Assembly (NCBI GenBank): GCA_902825875.1
Contig: CADECP010000038.1
Span: 1,915-65,914, forward strand
Direction: 5' to 3'
Length of the DNA stretch: 64,000 bases
Origin: an uncultured Acidobacteriota bacterium
GTDB taxonomy: Bacteria > Acidobacteriota > Blastocatellia > RBC074
Shown: positions 47,101 through 58,702 of the stretch, in pieces
How positions within the stretch are numbered: position 1 is the stretch's first letter
Layout: every line of letters begins with the position of its first letter
Translations under genes and position numbers: made by a program
Notes under the pieces: model-generated
Told to the model about the DNA's origin: nothing
What the model saw: the letters and a program-made list of their open reading frames with translations, nothing else
Database searches by the model: none

Positions 47101-50100
47101 CACGATGGACATGGGCTTTGTGGCGCTGAGTTGTACAGTCGCCGGAGCCACTACCGTCTGCAATGGTTCGACGAATACTTACAGCGTGATGACCAATCCA
47201 GACCCGTTGACCAACCCGACTTATAGCTGGTCAGTGGTGAATGGTGGCGGCGCGAACGCTTCGATCAGTGGCGCGAACAATGGCGCGACGGTGATGGTCA
47301 ATTCCGGCACGAATGCCGGAACTTACACGGTGATGGTGACAATCAACAGTACGGAAGGTTCGACTTCGTGCAGCCTGACCGTAACCATTAACAACGTTAC
47401 GGCAGGAGTTGTCGCTACGGATCAAACTGTCTGTTCTGGCGGAGACCCTGCGGCCTTTACCGTGCCGACGGCGGCGACCGGTTCGGGAACTCTGACTTAC
47501 CAATGGCAGAGCAGCACGACGGATTGCACCACCGGGTTCACAAACATTACCGGAGCGATGAGTGCAACTTATGATCCGCCGTCAGGTTTGACTCAGACAA
47601 CCTATTACCGGCGAATCGTAACTTCCACGTTGAATAGTGTTGCTTGCACCGCGACCAGCAATTGCGTGACGGTGTCGGTCAACAACGTCACGCCCGGCGT
47701 AGTCGCTGGCGATCAAGCGGTTTGCGCACCGGGCGACCCTGTGGCCTTCACCGTGCCGACGGCAGCCACCGGTTCTGGAACTCTGACCTACCAATGGCAG
47801 AGCAGCACTGTGGATTGCACGACCGGATTTACCAACATTCCCGGAGCGATGAGTGCAACTTATGATCCGCCGTCAGGTTTAACTCAGACGACGTACTACC
47901 GCCGCATTGCTACTTCGACGTTGAACAGCGTTGCCTGTTCATCGCCGCCAAGCAATTGCATCACGGTGACGTTCAATCCTGGCCCGACAGCCAATGCCGG
48001 AATGGATCAGGAATTGTGTCTGGCGGTTTCAGGCACAACGGCTTTCAACCTGAATGGCACTGGAACCAACGGAAACCCATCGTGGGCGGTTTTCGCTACG
48101 ACCGGAACGGCTGCGGCATCCATCGTCAATGGTTCAACGCTGACTCCGACAATCAATGTCACGGGCGTTGGCACGGTGACGATGCGATTGACGATGACCA
48201 GCAACCAGACTCCGAGTTGCGGCACTGCGACCGATGATGTTGTGCTGACCGTTACGGCCATGAATCTTGGCAACCAGGTCTGGAAAGATTTGGACAACGA
48301 TGGCATACGCGATACTTCGCCAGCGGAACCGGTCATTGACGGCGTGTTGATGAATCTGTACCGCGAATCCAACGGAACGCCCGGCCTGCAAATTCCCGGC
48401 GACACTTTGGTTACTTCGCAAACCACTGCCGGAGGCGGGCTGTACAACTTCACCGGCCTGCCTTGCGCGGATTACTACGTCCAAGCGGCTGCGTCCAACT
48501 TTGCTGCAAGCGGAGCGCTTTTCGGCTGCGCCAGCAGCACGGGCAACGTGACTGGTAACAGCGATCTAAACGACCAGGATCACGGCGTTGACGATACCAA
48601 CCCGGCAACCAATGGAATTGCCAGTTCGGTAATCACTTTGTCGCTGCACGGTGAGCCGCCGGCAGGAACTGACGGCGACGGCAACGACGGCAATCTGACG
48701 GCAGATTTCGGGTTTGCGCCGTTGATGAATCTCGGCAATCTGGTTTGGAAAGACCTGGATGCCGACGGAATTCGTGACACGGTCAGCCCGAATGAACCCG
48801 GAGTTGACGGCGTCAAAGTCGTCCTGTGGCGCGATACCGGCGACGGCTCGTTCAATTCCGCAACCGACGCGATGGTTGCGATGCAAAACACCAGCGGCGG
48901 CGGAGCTTATAACTTCACCGGTCTGGCTCCGGGCAATTACTTCGTGCAAATTGATTCGACGAACTTCGGAGCGGGTGTTTTGAGCACTTGCCTGAGTTCG
49001 CCAAATCACGACACAGGTGATTCAACCGACAACAACGACAACGGCGTTGATAACCCGACGCCGACTACGGGTGGAGTCGTCAGCGTGTTGATTCCGTTGA
49101 TTGGCAGCAGCGAACCGACGGATGACGGCGACGGCAACAACGGAAACCTGACTGTGGACTTCGGTTTCTATGCACCGATGAATCTCGGCAATCTGGTTTG
49201 GAAAGACCTGGATGCCGACGGCGTGCGCGACACGGTCAGCCCGAATGAACCTGGCGTTGACGGCGTCAAAGTCGTTCTGTGGCGCGACAACGGCGACGGT
49301 TCGTTCAATTCAGCAACCGACACGATGGTGGCGATGCAGAACACCAGCGGCGGCGGAGCTTATAACTTCACAGACCTGTTGCCGGGCAATTACTTTGTTC
49401 AGGTTGATTCGACGAACTTCGGCGCTGGTGTGCTCAGCACTTGTTTGAGCAGTCCTGGCAACGATTCCGGCGACGCGACTGACAACAACGACAACGGCGT
49501 TGACAACCCGACGCCGACTACGGGCGGAGTGGTCAGCGTCTTGATTCCGTTGATCAGCCAAAGCGAGCCGACGGATGACGGCGACGGCAACAACGGCAAC
49601 CTGACGGTGGATTTCGGGTTCTACGCGCCATTGAATCTCGGCAATTTGGTTTGGAAAGACCTGGATGCCGATGGAATTCGTGACACGGCCAGTCCGAATG
49701 AACCCGGAGTTGACGGCGTCAAAGTCGTGCTCTGGCGCGACAATGGCGACGGCTCGTTCAATCCGGCGTCCGACACGATGGTTGCAATGCAAAACACCAG
49801 CGGCGGCGGAGCTTACAACTTCACAGGGTTGTTGCCGGGCAATTACTTCGTGCAGATTGACCAGTCGAACTTCGGCGCTGGCGTGTTGAGCGTTTGCCTG
49901 AGTTCGCCGGGTAATGATTCCGGCGATGCGACTGACAACAACGACAACGGTGTTGATAACCCGACGCCGACAACCGGCGGCGTGGTCAGCGTGCTGATTC
50001 CGTTGATCGGTCAAAGCGAACCGACCAACGACGGCGATGGCAACAACGGAAACCTGACAGTGGACTTCGGGTTCTACCCGCCGATGAATCTCGGCAATCT

Positions 50101-53100
50101 GGTCTGGAAAGACCTCGATGGCGACGGAATCCGCGACACGGTCAGCCCGAATGAGCCGGGAGTTGACGGCGTCAAAGTCGTGCTCTGGCTCGACAACGGC
50201 GACGGCTCGTTCAATTCTGCCACCGACACGATGTTGACGATGCAAAACACCAGCGGCGGCGGAGCTTACAACTTCACGAATCTGCTGCCGGGCAATTACT
50301 TCGTGCAGGTTGACGAATCGAACTTCGGCGCTGGTGTCTTGAGCACTTGCTTGAGTTCGCCCAATCACGACACGGGTGATTCAACCGACAACAACGACAA
50401 CGGTGTTGATAACCCAACGCCGACAACCGGAGGCGTGGTCAGCGTACTGATTCCGTTGGTTGGAACTACAGAACCGACGAATGACGGCGACGGTGACAAC
50501 GGCAACCTGACTGTAGACTTCGGGTTCTACCCGCCGATGAATCTCGGCAACCTGGTCTGGAAAGACCTGGATGCCGATGGTGTCCGCGACACGGCCAGCC
50601 CGAATGAACCCGGCGTTGACGGCGTCAAAGTCGTGCTTTGGCGCGACACCGGCGACGGCTCGTTCAATTCCGCGAACGACACGATGGTGACGATGCAAAA
50701 CACCAGCGGCGGCGGAGCTTATAACTTCACGAATCTGTTGCCGGGTACGTACTTCGTGCAGATTGACCAGTCGAACTTCGGCGCTGGTGTGCTCAGCACT
50801 TGTTTGAGCAGTCCCGGAGCCGATACCGGCGACACCGATAACAATGACAACGGCGTGGACAACCCGACGCCAACAACCGGCGGAGTCGTCAGCACTCCGG
50901 TTGTTTTGATCGGCCAGAGCGAGCCAACCGATGACGGCGACGGCAACAACGGCAACCTGACTGTGGACTTCGGTTTCTACCCGCCGATGAATCTGGGCAA
51001 TCTGGTTTGGAAAGACCTGGATGCCGACGGAATCCGCGACACGGTCAGCCCGAATGAACCCGGAGTTGACGGCGTCAAAGTCGTGCTCTGGCGCGACACC
51101 GGCGACGGCTCGTTTAGCTCGACAACCGACACGATGGTGGCAATGCAGAACACCAGCGGCGGCGGAGCTTACAACTTCCAAGACCTGCTGCCGGGCAATT
51201 ACTTCGTGCAGGTTGACCAGTCGAACTTCGGCGCGGGCGTGTTGAGCGTCTGTCTGAGTTCGCCGGGCAACGACAACGCAGACACCACCGACAACAACGA
51301 CAACGGTGTTGATAACCCGACGCCGACTGTCGGCGGAGTTGTCAGCGTCTTGATTCCGTTGATCGGTCAAAGCGAGCCGACGGATGACGGTGACGGCAAC
51401 AACGGCAACCTGACGGCTGACTTTGGGTTTTACCCGCCGATGAACCTTGGCAATCTGGTTTGGAAAGACCTGGATGCCGACGGAATCCGCGATACGGTCA
51501 GCCCGAATGAACCCGGAGTTGACGGCGTCAAGGTCGTGCTCTGGCGCGACACCGGCGACGGCGTGTTCAACTCTGCAACCGACACGATGGTGGCGATGCA
51601 GAACACCAGCGGCGGCGGAAGCTACAACTTCCAAGACCTGTTGCCGGGCAATTACTTCGTGCAGATTGATTCGACGAACTTCGGCGCGGGAGTGCTCAGC
51701 ACTTGCTTGAGTTCGCCGGGCAACGACAACGCAGACACCACCGACAACAACGACAACGGCGTTGATAACCCGACGCCGACAGTCGGCGGAGTTGTGAGCG
51801 TGCTGATTCCGTTGGTTGGTCAAAGCGAGCCGACGGATGACACCGATGGCAACAACGGCAACCTGACGGCTGATTTTGGGTTCTACCCGCCGATGAATCT
51901 CGGCAATCTGGTTTGGAAAGACCTGGATGCCGACGGCGTCCGCGATACGGTCAGCCCGAATGAGCCCGGAGTTGACGGCGTCAAAGTCGTGCTTTGGCGC
52001 GACAACGGCGACGGTTCGTTTAACTCAGCCACCGACACTATGGTGGCAATGCAAAACACCAGCGGCGGCGGAAGCTACAACTTCCAAGACCTGTTGCCGG
52101 GCAATTACTTCGTGCAGATTGACGAATCGAACTTCGGAGCGGGTGTGTTGAGTACGTGCCTGAGTTCGCCAAATCACGACACAGGTGATGCGACTGACAA
52201 CAACGACAACGGAGTTGATAATCCGACGCCGACTGTTGGCGGAGTCGTCAGCGTGCTGATTTCCTTGATTGGTCAAAGCGAACCGACCAACGACGGCGAC
52301 GGCAACAACGGCAACCTGACTGTGGACTTCGGGTTCTATCCGCCGATGAATCTCGGCAACCTGGTCTGGAAAGACCTGGATGCCGACGGCGTCCGCGACA
52401 CGGTCAGCCCGAACGAACCCGGCGTTGACGGCGTCAAAGTCGTGCTCTGGCGCGACAACGGCGACGGTTCGTTTAACTCAGCCACCGACACTATGGTGGC
52501 AATGCAAAACACCAGCGGCGGCGGAAGCTACAACTTCCAAGACCTGTTGCCGGGCAATTACTTCGTGCAGATTGACGAATCGAACTTCGGAGCGGGTGTG
52601 TTGAGTACGTGCCTGAGTTCGCCAAATCACGACACAGGTGATGCGACTGACAACAACGACAACGGAGTTGATAATCCGACGCCGACTGTTGGCGGAGTCG
52701 TCAGCGTGCTGATTTCCTTGATTGGTCAAAGCGAACCGACCAACGACGGCGACGGCAACAACGGAAACCTGACTGTAGACTTTGGTTTCTATCCGCCGAT
52801 GAATCTGGGCAACCTGATCTGGAAAGACCTCAATGGCAACGGTCTGCGTGACGGCAATCCTCTGGAAGCTGGCATTGACGGCGTCAAAGTCGTGCTCTGG
52901 CTCGACAACGGCGACAATACCTTCTCGGCATCCGACACGATGGTGGCAATGCAAAACACCAGCGGCGGCGGAACTTACAGCTTCGCCAATCTGCTGCCGG
53001 GCACGTACTTTGTGGAAGTTCCGCAGAGCAACTTCGGGCCGGGTCAAGTTCTAGGTGATTGTTTGAGCAGTCCTGGTGCTGACACTGGTGACACTGACAA

Positions 53101-54538
53101 CGACGACAACGGTGTGGATAACACCACTCCGACCATTGGCGGAATTGTCAGTACGCCGATTGTCTTGATCGGTCAGAGCGAACCGACCAATGACGGCGAC
53201 GGCAACAACGGCAACCTGACGATTGACTTCGGCTTTGCGCCAGCGCCTGACTGGGCGTTTGGTAACAATCCGAACGGCATTCCGGGCAAAGCCTACGAAG
53301 GCGATCCTTGCAATGGCGCGACGGGCACTTACGTGCTGACGATGACCAATCTGGGGCCGACGGCTGCGAATCCGGGAGCCGTGATGACCGATGTTATTCC
53401 GACGGGAATCACGCCGATTGCGGCCAGCGGAGTGGGTTGGAGTTGTACGATCAGCGGGCAAACAGTGACCTGCACCAGCACGACTCCGTTGGCGTTGAAT
53501 GCGATGACACAGATTCGCATCACGGTCGGCATCGGCTACAACATCAGCGGCCCGGTGACGAACACGGCGAGCATTGCTTATCCGGGTGATCCGGGAACCA
53601 ACAACAACACGGCCAGCACAACGATCAACGTGGTGAATGGCATTGGCGCTCCGGGGCTTCCGTTTGAAAACAACGGCAGTTCGGTGCTGGTTTACCCGAT
53701 CTACACGTCGAACTCCTCAAACCCGAACGAGCAGAATACGCGCATCAACCTGACGAACATTCACAACCAGAAATCAATCTGTGTGCATTTGTTCTTCGTG
53801 GATGGTTCGAGTTGCTCCATCGCGGACAGCATTGTATGTCTGACACCAAATCAGACGACCAGCTTCCTGGCTTCAGACCTTGATCCGGGAACGACGGGCT
53901 ATCTGGTTGCAGTGGCGATTGATTGCACGGGCTGTCCGACAAACTTCAACTTCCTGGTCGGCGACGAATACGTCAAATTCAGCAGCGGTCACAGAGGCAA
54001 CATCGTTGCCGAAGGTGTCGCGGCTCTGCCTGCCCTGTCGGCGTGCAACAGCGCATCAACGACGGCGGCGCTGAACTTTGACGGAGTGAGTTACGGACGC
54101 TTCGGTCGAACGCTGGCTGCGGATAACTTCGGCAGTCGCGCGGATGGCAACGACACAATGATTGTGGTGAATCGCATCGGCGGCAATCTGGCAACCGGAG
54201 CGGCATCGCTGGGAACATTGTTCGGAGTGCTGTACGACGACGCAGAACAGGCTCTGAGCTTCAGCGTAACAGGCACCTGCCAGTTGCGTAGCAGCTTGAC
54301 GAACAACTTCCCGCGCACGACGCCGCGCTTTGAAACCTTCATTCCGGCGGGACGCACGGGCTGGCTGAAACTGTTCTCGCAGAGCGACATCGCTCTGGTG
54401 GGAGCCATGATTAACTACAACGCAAATGCCGCCAGTTCGGCAGGAGCTTTCAACGGGGCGCACAACCTGCACAAACTGACCTTGAGCAGTGCGGGTTCGT
54501 TCATCGTCCCAATCTTTCCTCCTCAGGGTTGCCAGTAG
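44102..54538 (+). CDS. Giant secreted repeat protein (about 3478 aa). Domains in order: signal peptide, N-terminal region, two Ig-like repeats, eleven SdrD-B/Cna-B-like repeats, a DUF11 domain and an unknown C-terminal domain.
   Basis: An AGGAG ribosome-binding site precedes MHSPNTT. The long signal peptide has the form n-region, [25 protein letters not shown]|AP. Two [13 protein letters not shown]...TYYRRI repeats are followed by eleven 151-aa units ([15 protein letters not shown]...[12 protein letters not shown]), a DUF11-like segment and a roughly 280-aa C-terminus. The track ORF starts at 44048. Confidence 0.8.
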   Translation: MHSPNTTHTTDSFTKRLKERAKFIKRRISTSSKRRRLAVSAIAMAMVLTASMMLAGYYSRPANAAPLTASTFFTESYAGMTQGMKYLMGKLFGTAIPSPAYACTLTQQITVSGCYFTTGSKATVSVEVSWVGNTSADTITVSLDGGAQTRTINPEDLFDPGSGSAVAGPIKSPQVVAFEIDADGASHSITSTASGANSCTTGASNFIAPAGCAPNLCGSGELGGTVFFDYDADGIKDSGETNGASGVTVTAFDVNGTTYTATSDSSGRYEFSAANGNSIPGGAYPVRLEFTNLPAISLNTTTPHGTNNASSVQFASAAACTYDVGVMDQTGFCQSTPYVILPCYANGDPAPNVDANDAGDLDALIAFPYTASGGPTPGIMIHLATARQVGSLWGTAYNKFTKRMFSSAMLRRHVGLGPLGLGGIYVTNMTIPTSATTGNFIDVTALGIDLGQASVPNVATRGLSRIKTDPSYDTTVFGLVGKVGIGDLDISEDGNTLWFVNLFDKRLYSVDITAYNGDGTTLPTAANVSSTAIPSPGCANGEHRPWGTKFYKGQVYVGSVCDGSTGTTSDMRARISVFNPSGSTWSTAFEFPLTYPKGYPFNNVPALTGWYRWTDSFAEFSTGQGTFSGLPLVVRPQPILSDIEFDIDGSMVIGLGDRGGMQMGYVNYGPNPPSTSLYVTSVGGDVLRAFNSNGTFVLENNAKAGANTGFGPNNFQGPGFGEFYDDNWTIGALKPHTEQSIGALAIKPGSGEVVSVVVDPVNNTPNSGGVRWLDNSDGTTSRSYAVYSNSNNSADGLFGKAAGLGDVELNCDPVSYLEIGNRIWMDGDADGIQDPGEMPISGVTLRLYTPNGRDGVAGNGDDLQPIATAVTDSTGAYYFTSVDANNDGIPDNDTVTTNNTGLVGGGTANPTYPAIQPNTRYVIRADLASDYSGGALAGKNVTQANIGAGVLGSPADLRDSDATSANVLGIAGGNFPEIEVKHLVSNVETNGTGAFGEDDHTMDMGFVALSCTVAGATTVCNGSTNTYSVMTNPDPLTNPTYSWSVVNGGGANASISGANNGATVMVNSGTNAGTYTVMVTINSTEGSTSCSLTVTINNVTAGVVATDQTVCSGGDPAAFTVPTAATGSGTLTYQWQSSTTDCTTGFTNITGAMSATYDPPSGLTQTTYYRRIVTSTLNSVACTATSNCVTVSVNNVTPGVVAGDQAVCAPGDPVAFTVPTAATGSGTLTYQWQSSTVDCTTGFTNIPGAMSATYDPPSGLTQTTYYRRIATSTLNSVACSSPPSNCITVTFNPGPTANAGMDQELCLAVSGTTAFNLNGTGTNGNPSWAVFATTGTAAASIVNGSTLTPTINVTGVGTVTMRLTMTSNQTPSCGTATDDVVLTVTAMNLGNQVWKDLDNDGIRDTSPAEPVIDGVLMNLYRESNGTPGLQIPGDTLVTSQTTAGGGLYNFTGLPCADYYVQAAASNFAASGALFGCASSTGNVTGNSDLNDQDHGVDDTNPATNGIASSVITLSLHGEPPAGTDGDGNDGNLTADFGFAPLMNLGNLVWKDLDADGIRDTVSPNEPGVDGVKVVLWRDTGDGSFNSATDAMVAMQNTSGGGAYNFTGLAPGNYFVQIDSTNFGAGVLSTCLSSPNHDTGDSTDNNDNGVDNPTPTTGGVVSVLIPLIGSSEPTDDGDGNNGNLTVDFGFYAPMNLGNLVWKDLDADGVRDTVSPNEPGVDGVKVVLWRDNGDGSFNSATDTMVAMQNTSGGGAYNFTDLLPGNYFVQVDSTNFGAGVLSTCLSSPGNDSGDATDNNDNGVDNPTPTTGGVVSVLIPLISQSEPTDDGDGNNGNLTVDFGFYAPLNLGNLVWKDLDADGIRDTASPNEPGVDGVKVVLWRDNGDGSFNPASDTMVAMQNTSGGGAYNFTGLLPGNYFVQIDQSNFGAGVLSVCLSSPGNDSGDATDNNDNGVDNPTPTTGGVVSVLIPLIGQSEPTNDGDGNNGNLTVDFGFYPPMNLGNLVWKDLDGDGIRDTVSPNEPGVDGVKVVLWLDNGDGSFNSATDTMLTMQNTSGGGAYNFTNLLPGNYFVQVDESNFGAGVLSTCLSSPNHDTGDSTDNNDNGVDNPTPTTGGVVSVLIPLVGTTEPTNDGDGDNGNLTVDFGFYPPMNLGNLVWKDLDADGVRDTASPNEPGVDGVKVVLWRDTGDGSFNSANDTMVTMQNTSGGGAYNFTNLLPGTYFVQIDQSNFGAGVLSTCLSSPGADTGDTDNNDNGVDNPTPTTGGVVSTPVVLIGQSEPTDDGDGNNGNLTVDFGFYPPMNLGNLVWKDLDADGIRDTVSPNEPGVDGVKVVLWRDTGDGSFSSTTDTMVAMQNTSGGGAYNFQDLLPGNYFVQVDQSNFGAGVLSVCLSSPGNDNADTTDNNDNGVDNPTPTVGGVVSVLIPLIGQSEPTDDGDGNNGNLTADFGFYPPMNLGNLVWKDLDADGIRDTVSPNEPGVDGVKVVLWRDTGDGVFNSATDTMVAMQNTSGGGSYNFQDLLPGNYFVQIDSTNFGAGVLSTCLSSPGNDNADTTDNNDNGVDNPTPTVGGVVSVLIPLVGQSEPTDDTDGNNGNLTADFGFYPPMNLGNLVWKDLDADGVRDTVSPNEPGVDGVKVVLWRDNGDGSFNSATDTMVAMQNTSGGGSYNFQDLLPGNYFVQIDESNFGAGVLSTCLSSPNHDTGDATDNNDNGVDNPTPTVGGVVSVLISLIGQSEPTNDGDGNNGNLTVDFGFYPPMNLGNLVWKDLDADGVRDTVSPNEPGVDGVKVVLWRDNGDGSFNSATDTMVAMQNTSGGGSYNFQDLLPGNYFVQIDESNFGAGVLSTCLSSPNHDTGDATDNNDNGVDNPTPTVGGVVSVLISLIGQSEPTNDGDGNNGNLTVDFGFYPPMNLGNLIWKDLNGNGLRDGNPLEAGIDGVKVVLWLDNGDNTFSASDTMVAMQNTSGGGTYSFANLLPGTYFVEVPQSNFGPGQVLGDCLSSPGADTGDTDNDDNGVDNTTPTIGGIVSTPIVLIGQSEPTNDGDGNNGNLTIDFGFAPAPDWAFGNNPNGIPGKAYEGDPCNGATGTYVLTMTNLGPTAANPGAVMTDVIPTGITPIAASGVGWSCTISGQTVTCTSTTPLALNAMTQIRITVGIGYNISGPVTNTASIAYPGDPGTNNNTASTTINVVNGIGAPGLPFENNGSSVLVYPIYTSNSSNPNEQNTRINLTNIHNQKSICVHLFFVDGSSCSIADSIVCLTPNQTTSFLASDLDPGTTGYLVAVAIDCTGCPTNFNFLVGDEYVKFSSGHRGNIVAEGVAALPALSACNSASTTAALNFDGVSYGRFGRTLAADNFGSRADGNDTMIVVNRIGGNLATGAASLGTLFGVLYDDAEQALSFSVTGTCQLRSSLTNNFPRTTPRFETFIPAGRTGWLKLFSQSDIALVGAMINYNANAASSAGAFNGAHNLHKLTLSSAGSFIVPIFPPQGCQ
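48261..53250 (+). repeat. Eleven tandem copies of a 453-bp coding repeat (450 bp in one copy).
   Basis: Unit starts are at 48261, 48725, 49178, 49631, 50084, 50537, 50987, 51440, 51892, 52346 and 52799. The internal copies are about 90% identical at the DNA level. Confidence 0.85.
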
Positions 54539-54779
54539 GGGATGCTTGGCGACCTTGAGTAGGAACAGTTGGCAGCGGTGCATAACCGCTGCCACTAAAA
54601 TTATCAACCAATCAACCACATCGTGAAGGTTGTCGCTTTGACGATGTCAGTTTTTTCGCCGAGCTGCTTGTAGGGGATGCCAGCAGTTTAGCGGAAACGC
54701 GGAAGCCGCAGATCAGGGACGCTTAGGTGCCACCTGACCTGCGGCTTTCGTTCATTCTCGACTCTGAAAATCTGTTTGG

Positions 54780-55355
54780 CTAACGCTTCAATTCGTATCG
54801 GAAAATTGGACGCGAACCTCGCCGGTCAGCTTCTTTGAACCCGGCTTTGATGAATGAAGCCGCCAAGCCTGTCCACATAAACACATCCGGCTGATCTTTC
54901 TTCGGTTCGTTCGGATAACCTTCGATGATTTTTCCGCCTTGCCTGCGAACGAACTCAATCGCGGCTTTCAGCAATTTCACCGACAAACCTTTTCGCCGAT
55001 GTTCTTTGGCGATGAAAAAGCACGAAATTGACCAGACCGATTTGTCATCAATCGGTTTCAGCACACGCGAGCTTTCCAGTCGGATGAAAGTTTCACGCGG
55101 AGCGACCGAACACCAGCCAACGGCCTGGCCGCCAACGTACGCCAACACTCCGGGCTGATCGCCACGCGCTACAATCGCTTTCATGGCTTTTTTGTTCGGA
55201 GCGCCTTTTTGTTCGTCAAACTGTTTGCCGGTCAATCGCCAAGCCATGCACCAGCAACCGCCGCAAGCTCCGCGTTCGCCGAACAAGGTTTCAAAATCCT
55301 GCCAACGTTCCGGCGTCAATGGGTGAAATTCCATCTTGGCAGTTTTGGCAGGCAT
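54780..55355 (-). CDS. GNAT-family N-acetyltransferase.
   Basis: It has a GNAT fold, including the CGGCWCMAWR motif seen in a conserved GNAT subfamily. The protein is 191 aa. Confidence 0.7.
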   Translation of the reverse strand: MPAKTAKMEFHPLTPERWQDFETLFGERGACGGCWCMAWRLTGKQFDEQKGAPNKKAMKAIVARGDQPGVLAYVGGQAVGWCSVAPRETFIRLESSRVLKPIDDKSVWSISCFFIAKEHRRKGLSVKLLKAAIEFVRRQGGKIIEGYPNEPKKDQPDVFMWTGLAASFIKAGFKEADRRGSRPIFRYELKR

Positions 55356-56126
55356 TTACTTGGTCACGCCTCGCTGAGACTTTTCGATAAATTCGATCAG
55401 GTAATCAATTTCGGGCGAACCGGCCAACTCGGATTTGATTTGCTCCAGAGCTTGCGTGGTGTTCAGGTTGGAATTCAGCAGCAACGTGAAAGATTGTTGA
55501 ATGCGGCGAATGGCTTCGTTGGAAAAGCCTTTGCGGCGCAATCCGATGGTGTTCGCGCCGTAACATTTGGCTTCGGTTCCGTCTGTGCGCGCGTATGGCA
55601 AAGCATCTTTGACGATTTTCGACATGCCGCCGATGAAGGCGTGCGAACCGATGTGGCAAAACTGGTGAACGCCGACGAAGGCTCCGAGTATGGCATCGTC
55701 TTCGACGGTGACGTGCCCGGCCAACGAAGCCAGATTGGCAAACACATTGCGCGAACCGACGATGCAATCGTGCGCGACGTGTGTTTGCGCCATAAACAAA
55801 TTGTCATCGCCAACCGAAGTCAATCCGCCGCCGCCAACCGTGCCGCGGTTCATCGTCACGTATTCGCGTATGACGTTTCGCTGGCCAATGACCAGGCGCG
55901 TGTCTTCGCCTTTGTATTTCAAATCCTGCGGCGATTGTCCAAGCGAAGCAAAAGGAAGAACTTTTGTCGCTTTGCCAATTTCGCAAGGGCCTTCGATGAC
56001 AACGTGGCTGACCAGTTCAGCATCGTCGTGAATCGTGACGTGGTCGCCAATGATCGAATACGGACCGACGCTGACGTTTGCGCCAAGCTCGGCTTTTGGG
56101 CTGATGATTGCGGTCGGATGAATCAT
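55356..56126 (-). CDS. lpxA: Acyl-ACP--UDP-N-acetylglucosamine O-acyltransferase.
   Basis: It begins MIHPTAIISPKAELGANVSVGPYSIIG and has left-handed beta-helix hexapeptide repeats. It sits in the fabZ-lpxA context. Confidence 0.85.
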   Translation of the reverse strand: MIHPTAIISPKAELGANVSVGPYSIIGDHVTIHDDAELVSHVVIEGPCEIGKATKVLPFASLGQSPQDLKYKGEDTRLVIGQRNVIREYVTMNRGTVGGGGLTSVGDDNLFMAQTHVAHDCIVGSRNVFANLASLAGHVTVEDDAILGAFVGVHQFCHIGSHAFIGGMSKIVKDALPYARTDGTEAKCYGANTIGLRRKGFSNEAIRRIQQSFTLLLNSNLNTTQALEQIKSELAGSPEIDYLIEFIEKSQRGVTK

Positions 56127-56131
56127 AGTTG

Positions 56132-56204
56132 GAACGATGAATGATGAATGATGAATGATGAAGCCCTGTGTTAAGGAATTCATCGTTCATCGTTCATCAT
56201 TCAG
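56132..56204. repeat. Hairpin built from TGAATGA heptad repeats in the fabZ-lpxA spacer.
   Basis: The left arm is GAACGATGAATGATGAATGATGAATGATGAA and the right arm is TTCATCGTTCATCGTTCATCATTC, with a 16-nt loop. Confidence 0.6.
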
Positions 56205-56214
56205 AATTCAGCAT

Positions 56215-56652
56215 TCATTTTTTGTGTTTGTCGGCCAGTGCGGAAGAGAGCAGAGCTTCGGCGGCGAGTTGATCGCCGACGTAGGCTTTGGCGGTCAGCT
56301 TGGCATATCCCATTTTGTATTTCAGCACGGAGACTTCCAGGCGAAGTTGATCGCCTGGGACGACAGGGCGTCGAAATTTGGCTTCTTCAATGCCGGTGAA
56401 AAACATCAGCTTGTTTTCGCGGTCAGGAACTTCGCGGAACAACAATACGGCTCCGGCCTGAGCCATTGCTTCAATGATAAACACGCCTGGGAAAACAGGC
56501 GCGTCGGGAAAATGGCCTTGAAAGACCTGCTCGTTCATCGTCACGTTTTTGATCGCCACAATTCTTTTTAGCGGCTCCAATTCGACGATGCGGTCAATCA
56601 ACAGCATTGGGTAACGGTGCGGAATGATTTTTTGAATTTCGTTGATGTCCAT
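56215..56652 (-). CDS. fabZ: 3-hydroxyacyl-ACP dehydratase.
   Basis: It begins MDINEIQKIIPHRYPMLLIDRI and carries HFPDAPVFPGV (catalytic His) and a hot-dog fold. Confidence 0.85.
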   Translation of the reverse strand: MDINEIQKIIPHRYPMLLIDRIVELEPLKRIVAIKNVTMNEQVFQGHFPDAPVFPGVFIIEAMAQAGAVLLFREVPDRENKLMFFTGIEEAKFRRPVVPGDQLRLEVSVLKYKMGYAKLTAKAYVGDQLAAEALLSSALADKHKK

Positions 56653-56680
56653 AAATTGTTGAATGAAGTGGCAGCGGGTA

Positions 56681-57562
56681 TCAATTCTTGTTCGCCAGTT
56701 CGGTCAGTCGTTTGCGAAACGCCTCGATTTCCGTAATTCGATCCAGATCGAAGTACAGTTGCTTTAAGGAGGACAAGTCGTGAATTTGTTCAATCTCAGT
56801 TTTGAAATTCAGGCTGGGAAAATGCTTGGCTACTTGATCGCAGATCATTTCGACAATGATGTCCCGTCCTTCTTCTTTGCCTTCGTCGAGTATGAATTGG
56901 TAGTACGGTGTTTCCCTCAAAACTTCGTGCATAAACATGGTAGTTCTCCTTAACAATTCAAGTACGTCTTGGCGATTGTAGCGTAGCGAGCCGAGCATCA
57001 AAAAATGTAATGCCAACTCCTGTCTACGTATCTCGTCAGTCAGTTGTCCCAAAGCCAGGGCACTTTGTTCAAGCTCAGTCTCTCCGCCTTTCATCAACGG
57101 AATGAAAGGGAGCAAGGATTCCTCCTTCCAAGAAAGCGCATCGGCAGCCGATATTTCCCATAATTTGAGAATGCTGAACCGAGCCGTCAGCGTCAGCCCA
57201 CCAGCGGCCAAAGTCATTGTCGTTGGAATGTTTGGCGGGCAACCGTCGGGCGAAAAGATCAGTACAAAGCTGTGAACTGGTAAGTGATAGTTGATCCACA
57301 ACAGCGCATCATATTCAACCACACGTTCCGGCACATTAGTTCTGTAGAACGTCTGAGCTTCAACGTGAGCGATGAATTTTTCGTTGCCGGTGTCTACTTC
57401 GTAAGGTTGATCGGCCAACAAAGCCGGAGCAGACATTTCGCGCGGCAAAGGTTTGATTTTGGCATTGAGCGGAAGCGCGCCAACCAAACGAAGCAGGGTT
57501 TCAGCGGCTTCTTCAGCCAAATCTTTGAACGCTGTGTCGTATGGTTTGTGATCCTGACTCAC
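56681..57562 (-). CDS. Rpn-family (YhgA-like) PD-(D/E)XK recombination-promoting nuclease/putative transposase homologue.
   Basis: PYDTAFKDLAEEAAETLLRLVGALP aligns with the RpnA N-terminus (PHDALFKLFLREPETARDFLLAWLP), and IAHVEAQT aligns with LLVEHQS. The protein is 293 aa. Its start overlaps the lpxD stop by 4 nt. Confidence 0.55.
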   Translation of the reverse strand: MSQDHKPYDTAFKDLAEEAAETLLRLVGALPLNAKIKPLPREMSAPALLADQPYEVDTGNEKFIAHVEAQTFYRTNVPERVVEYDALLWINYHLPVHSFVLIFSPDGCPPNIPTTMTLAAGGLTLTARFSILKLWEISAADALSWKEESLLPFIPLMKGGETELEQSALALGQLTDEIRRQELALHFLMLGSLRYNRQDVLELLRRTTMFMHEVLRETPYYQFILDEGKEEGRDIIVEMICDQVAKHFPSLNFKTEIEQIHDLSSLKQLYFDLDRITEIEAFRKRLTELANKN

Positions 57563-58602
57563 TGCTCCTCACCTGTGCCTTTTGTTGCTGAGTCCTTTTC
57601 CAGTTTTTTGAGTCGGTCGAAGAGTTCGGGCAATCGCGTGTACAGCACGTGCGATTTGCGCCATTGTTGATAATCCATTGCGGCCATCATGCCGCCCATC
57701 AGTTTGCCAGCTTCGACGGATTTCGTCACGCCGGTGCGTGCCGTGATAATCGCTCCATCGCCGATGGTGATGTGTTGATTGGTTCCGATTTGCCCGGCCA
57801 GAATACAACGCCTGCCGATTTTGGTTCCGCCGGAAAATCCCGCCAGAGCCGCAACAACAGTGTCTTCGCCAATTTCAACGTTGTGGCCGATTTGAATCAG
57901 GTTGTCGAACTTGGCTCCGCGATGAATGCGCGTTTCGCCGAAGCCCGCGCGGTCAACGCAACAGTTTGCGCCGATTTCGACATCGTCTTCGATGATGACG
58001 CGACCAACTTGCAGCAGTTTGAATTGGCGACCTTGTTCATCGGGCGTGAAGCTGAATCCATCCGAACCGATGACCGTTCCGCTGTGAATGCGACAACGCG
58101 CGCCGATGTTCGTGTCGTCATAAACCGAAACGTTCGGGAAGAGAATCGAATCGTCGCCGACGCGACAATTGTCGCCGACGACTACGCCGGGGTGCAGCGT
58201 AACCCGGTCGCCGATTACGGAGTTGCGGCCAACAGTGGCTCGCGGATAAATGGAGCAGTCAACGCCGATGTGCGAAGCTTCGCCGAGAACAAAGTCTGAA
58301 CTGACGCCGCGCGATTCGTAAGCTTTGGCGTGAAACGCATTGATTGTTCGCGCAAATGCCAGTTTGGCGTCACGAGCAATCAGCAGATCTTTTTCCGCGA
58401 GTTGAGGGTTGTCGGCCAGCTTGGCGGGAACGATGAACGCTGTGGCTGGCGAAGCTAACGCTTCGGGCAAACGCGCCGCGTCAGCGACAAAGGTGATTTC
58501 ACCGGATTGAACTGCATCAAGCGAATTGACGCCGGAAAGTTCGGCGTCGGCGTTTCCGCGAAGTTCTGTCTGAATGAATTGAGCGAGTTCGGCAAGGGTC
58601 AT
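57559..58602 (-). CDS. lpxD: UDP-3-O-acylglucosamine N-acyltransferase.
   Basis: It begins MTLAELAQFIQTELRGNAD and has hexapeptide beta-helix repeats. It sits in the skp-lpxD-fabZ-lpxA context. Confidence 0.85.
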   Translation of the reverse strand: MTLAELAQFIQTELRGNADAELSGVNSLDAVQSGEITFVADAARLPEALASPATAFIVPAKLADNPQLAEKDLLIARDAKLAFARTINAFHAKAYESRGVSSDFVLGEASHIGVDCSIYPRATVGRNSVIGDRVTLHPGVVVGDNCRVGDDSILFPNVSVYDDTNIGARCRIHSGTVIGSDGFSFTPDEQGRQFKLLQVGRVIIEDDVEIGANCCVDRAGFGETRIHRGAKFDNLIQIGHNVEIGEDTVVAALAGFSGGTKIGRRCILAGQIGTNQHITIGDGAIITARTGVTKSVEAGKLMGGMMAAMDYQQWRKSHVLYTRLPELFDRLKKLEKDSATKGTGEEQ

Positions 58603-58702
58603 GCGAAAATCAAAAGTCAAAACTCAAAAACCAAAAGGCAAAAGTGAGATTGACCATCGCACTTTTGCCTTTTGATTTTCCGTAGGCTTTTGCCTTGAAG
58701 GG

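Noticed and set aside
49310-51823. Two large minus-strand ORFs (352 and 480 aa) with repetitive translations inside the giant gene's repeat array.
   Set aside because: They are antisense readings of the 453-bp tandem repeats and inherit the periodicity. The plus-strand frame encodes a coherent Cna-B/SdrD-like domain series.
48261-53250. A possible CRISPR array, suggested by the regular tandem repeats.
   Set aside because: The period of 453 bp is far too long. The repeats are contiguous, coding and in frame, there are no short unique spacers and there are no cas genes.
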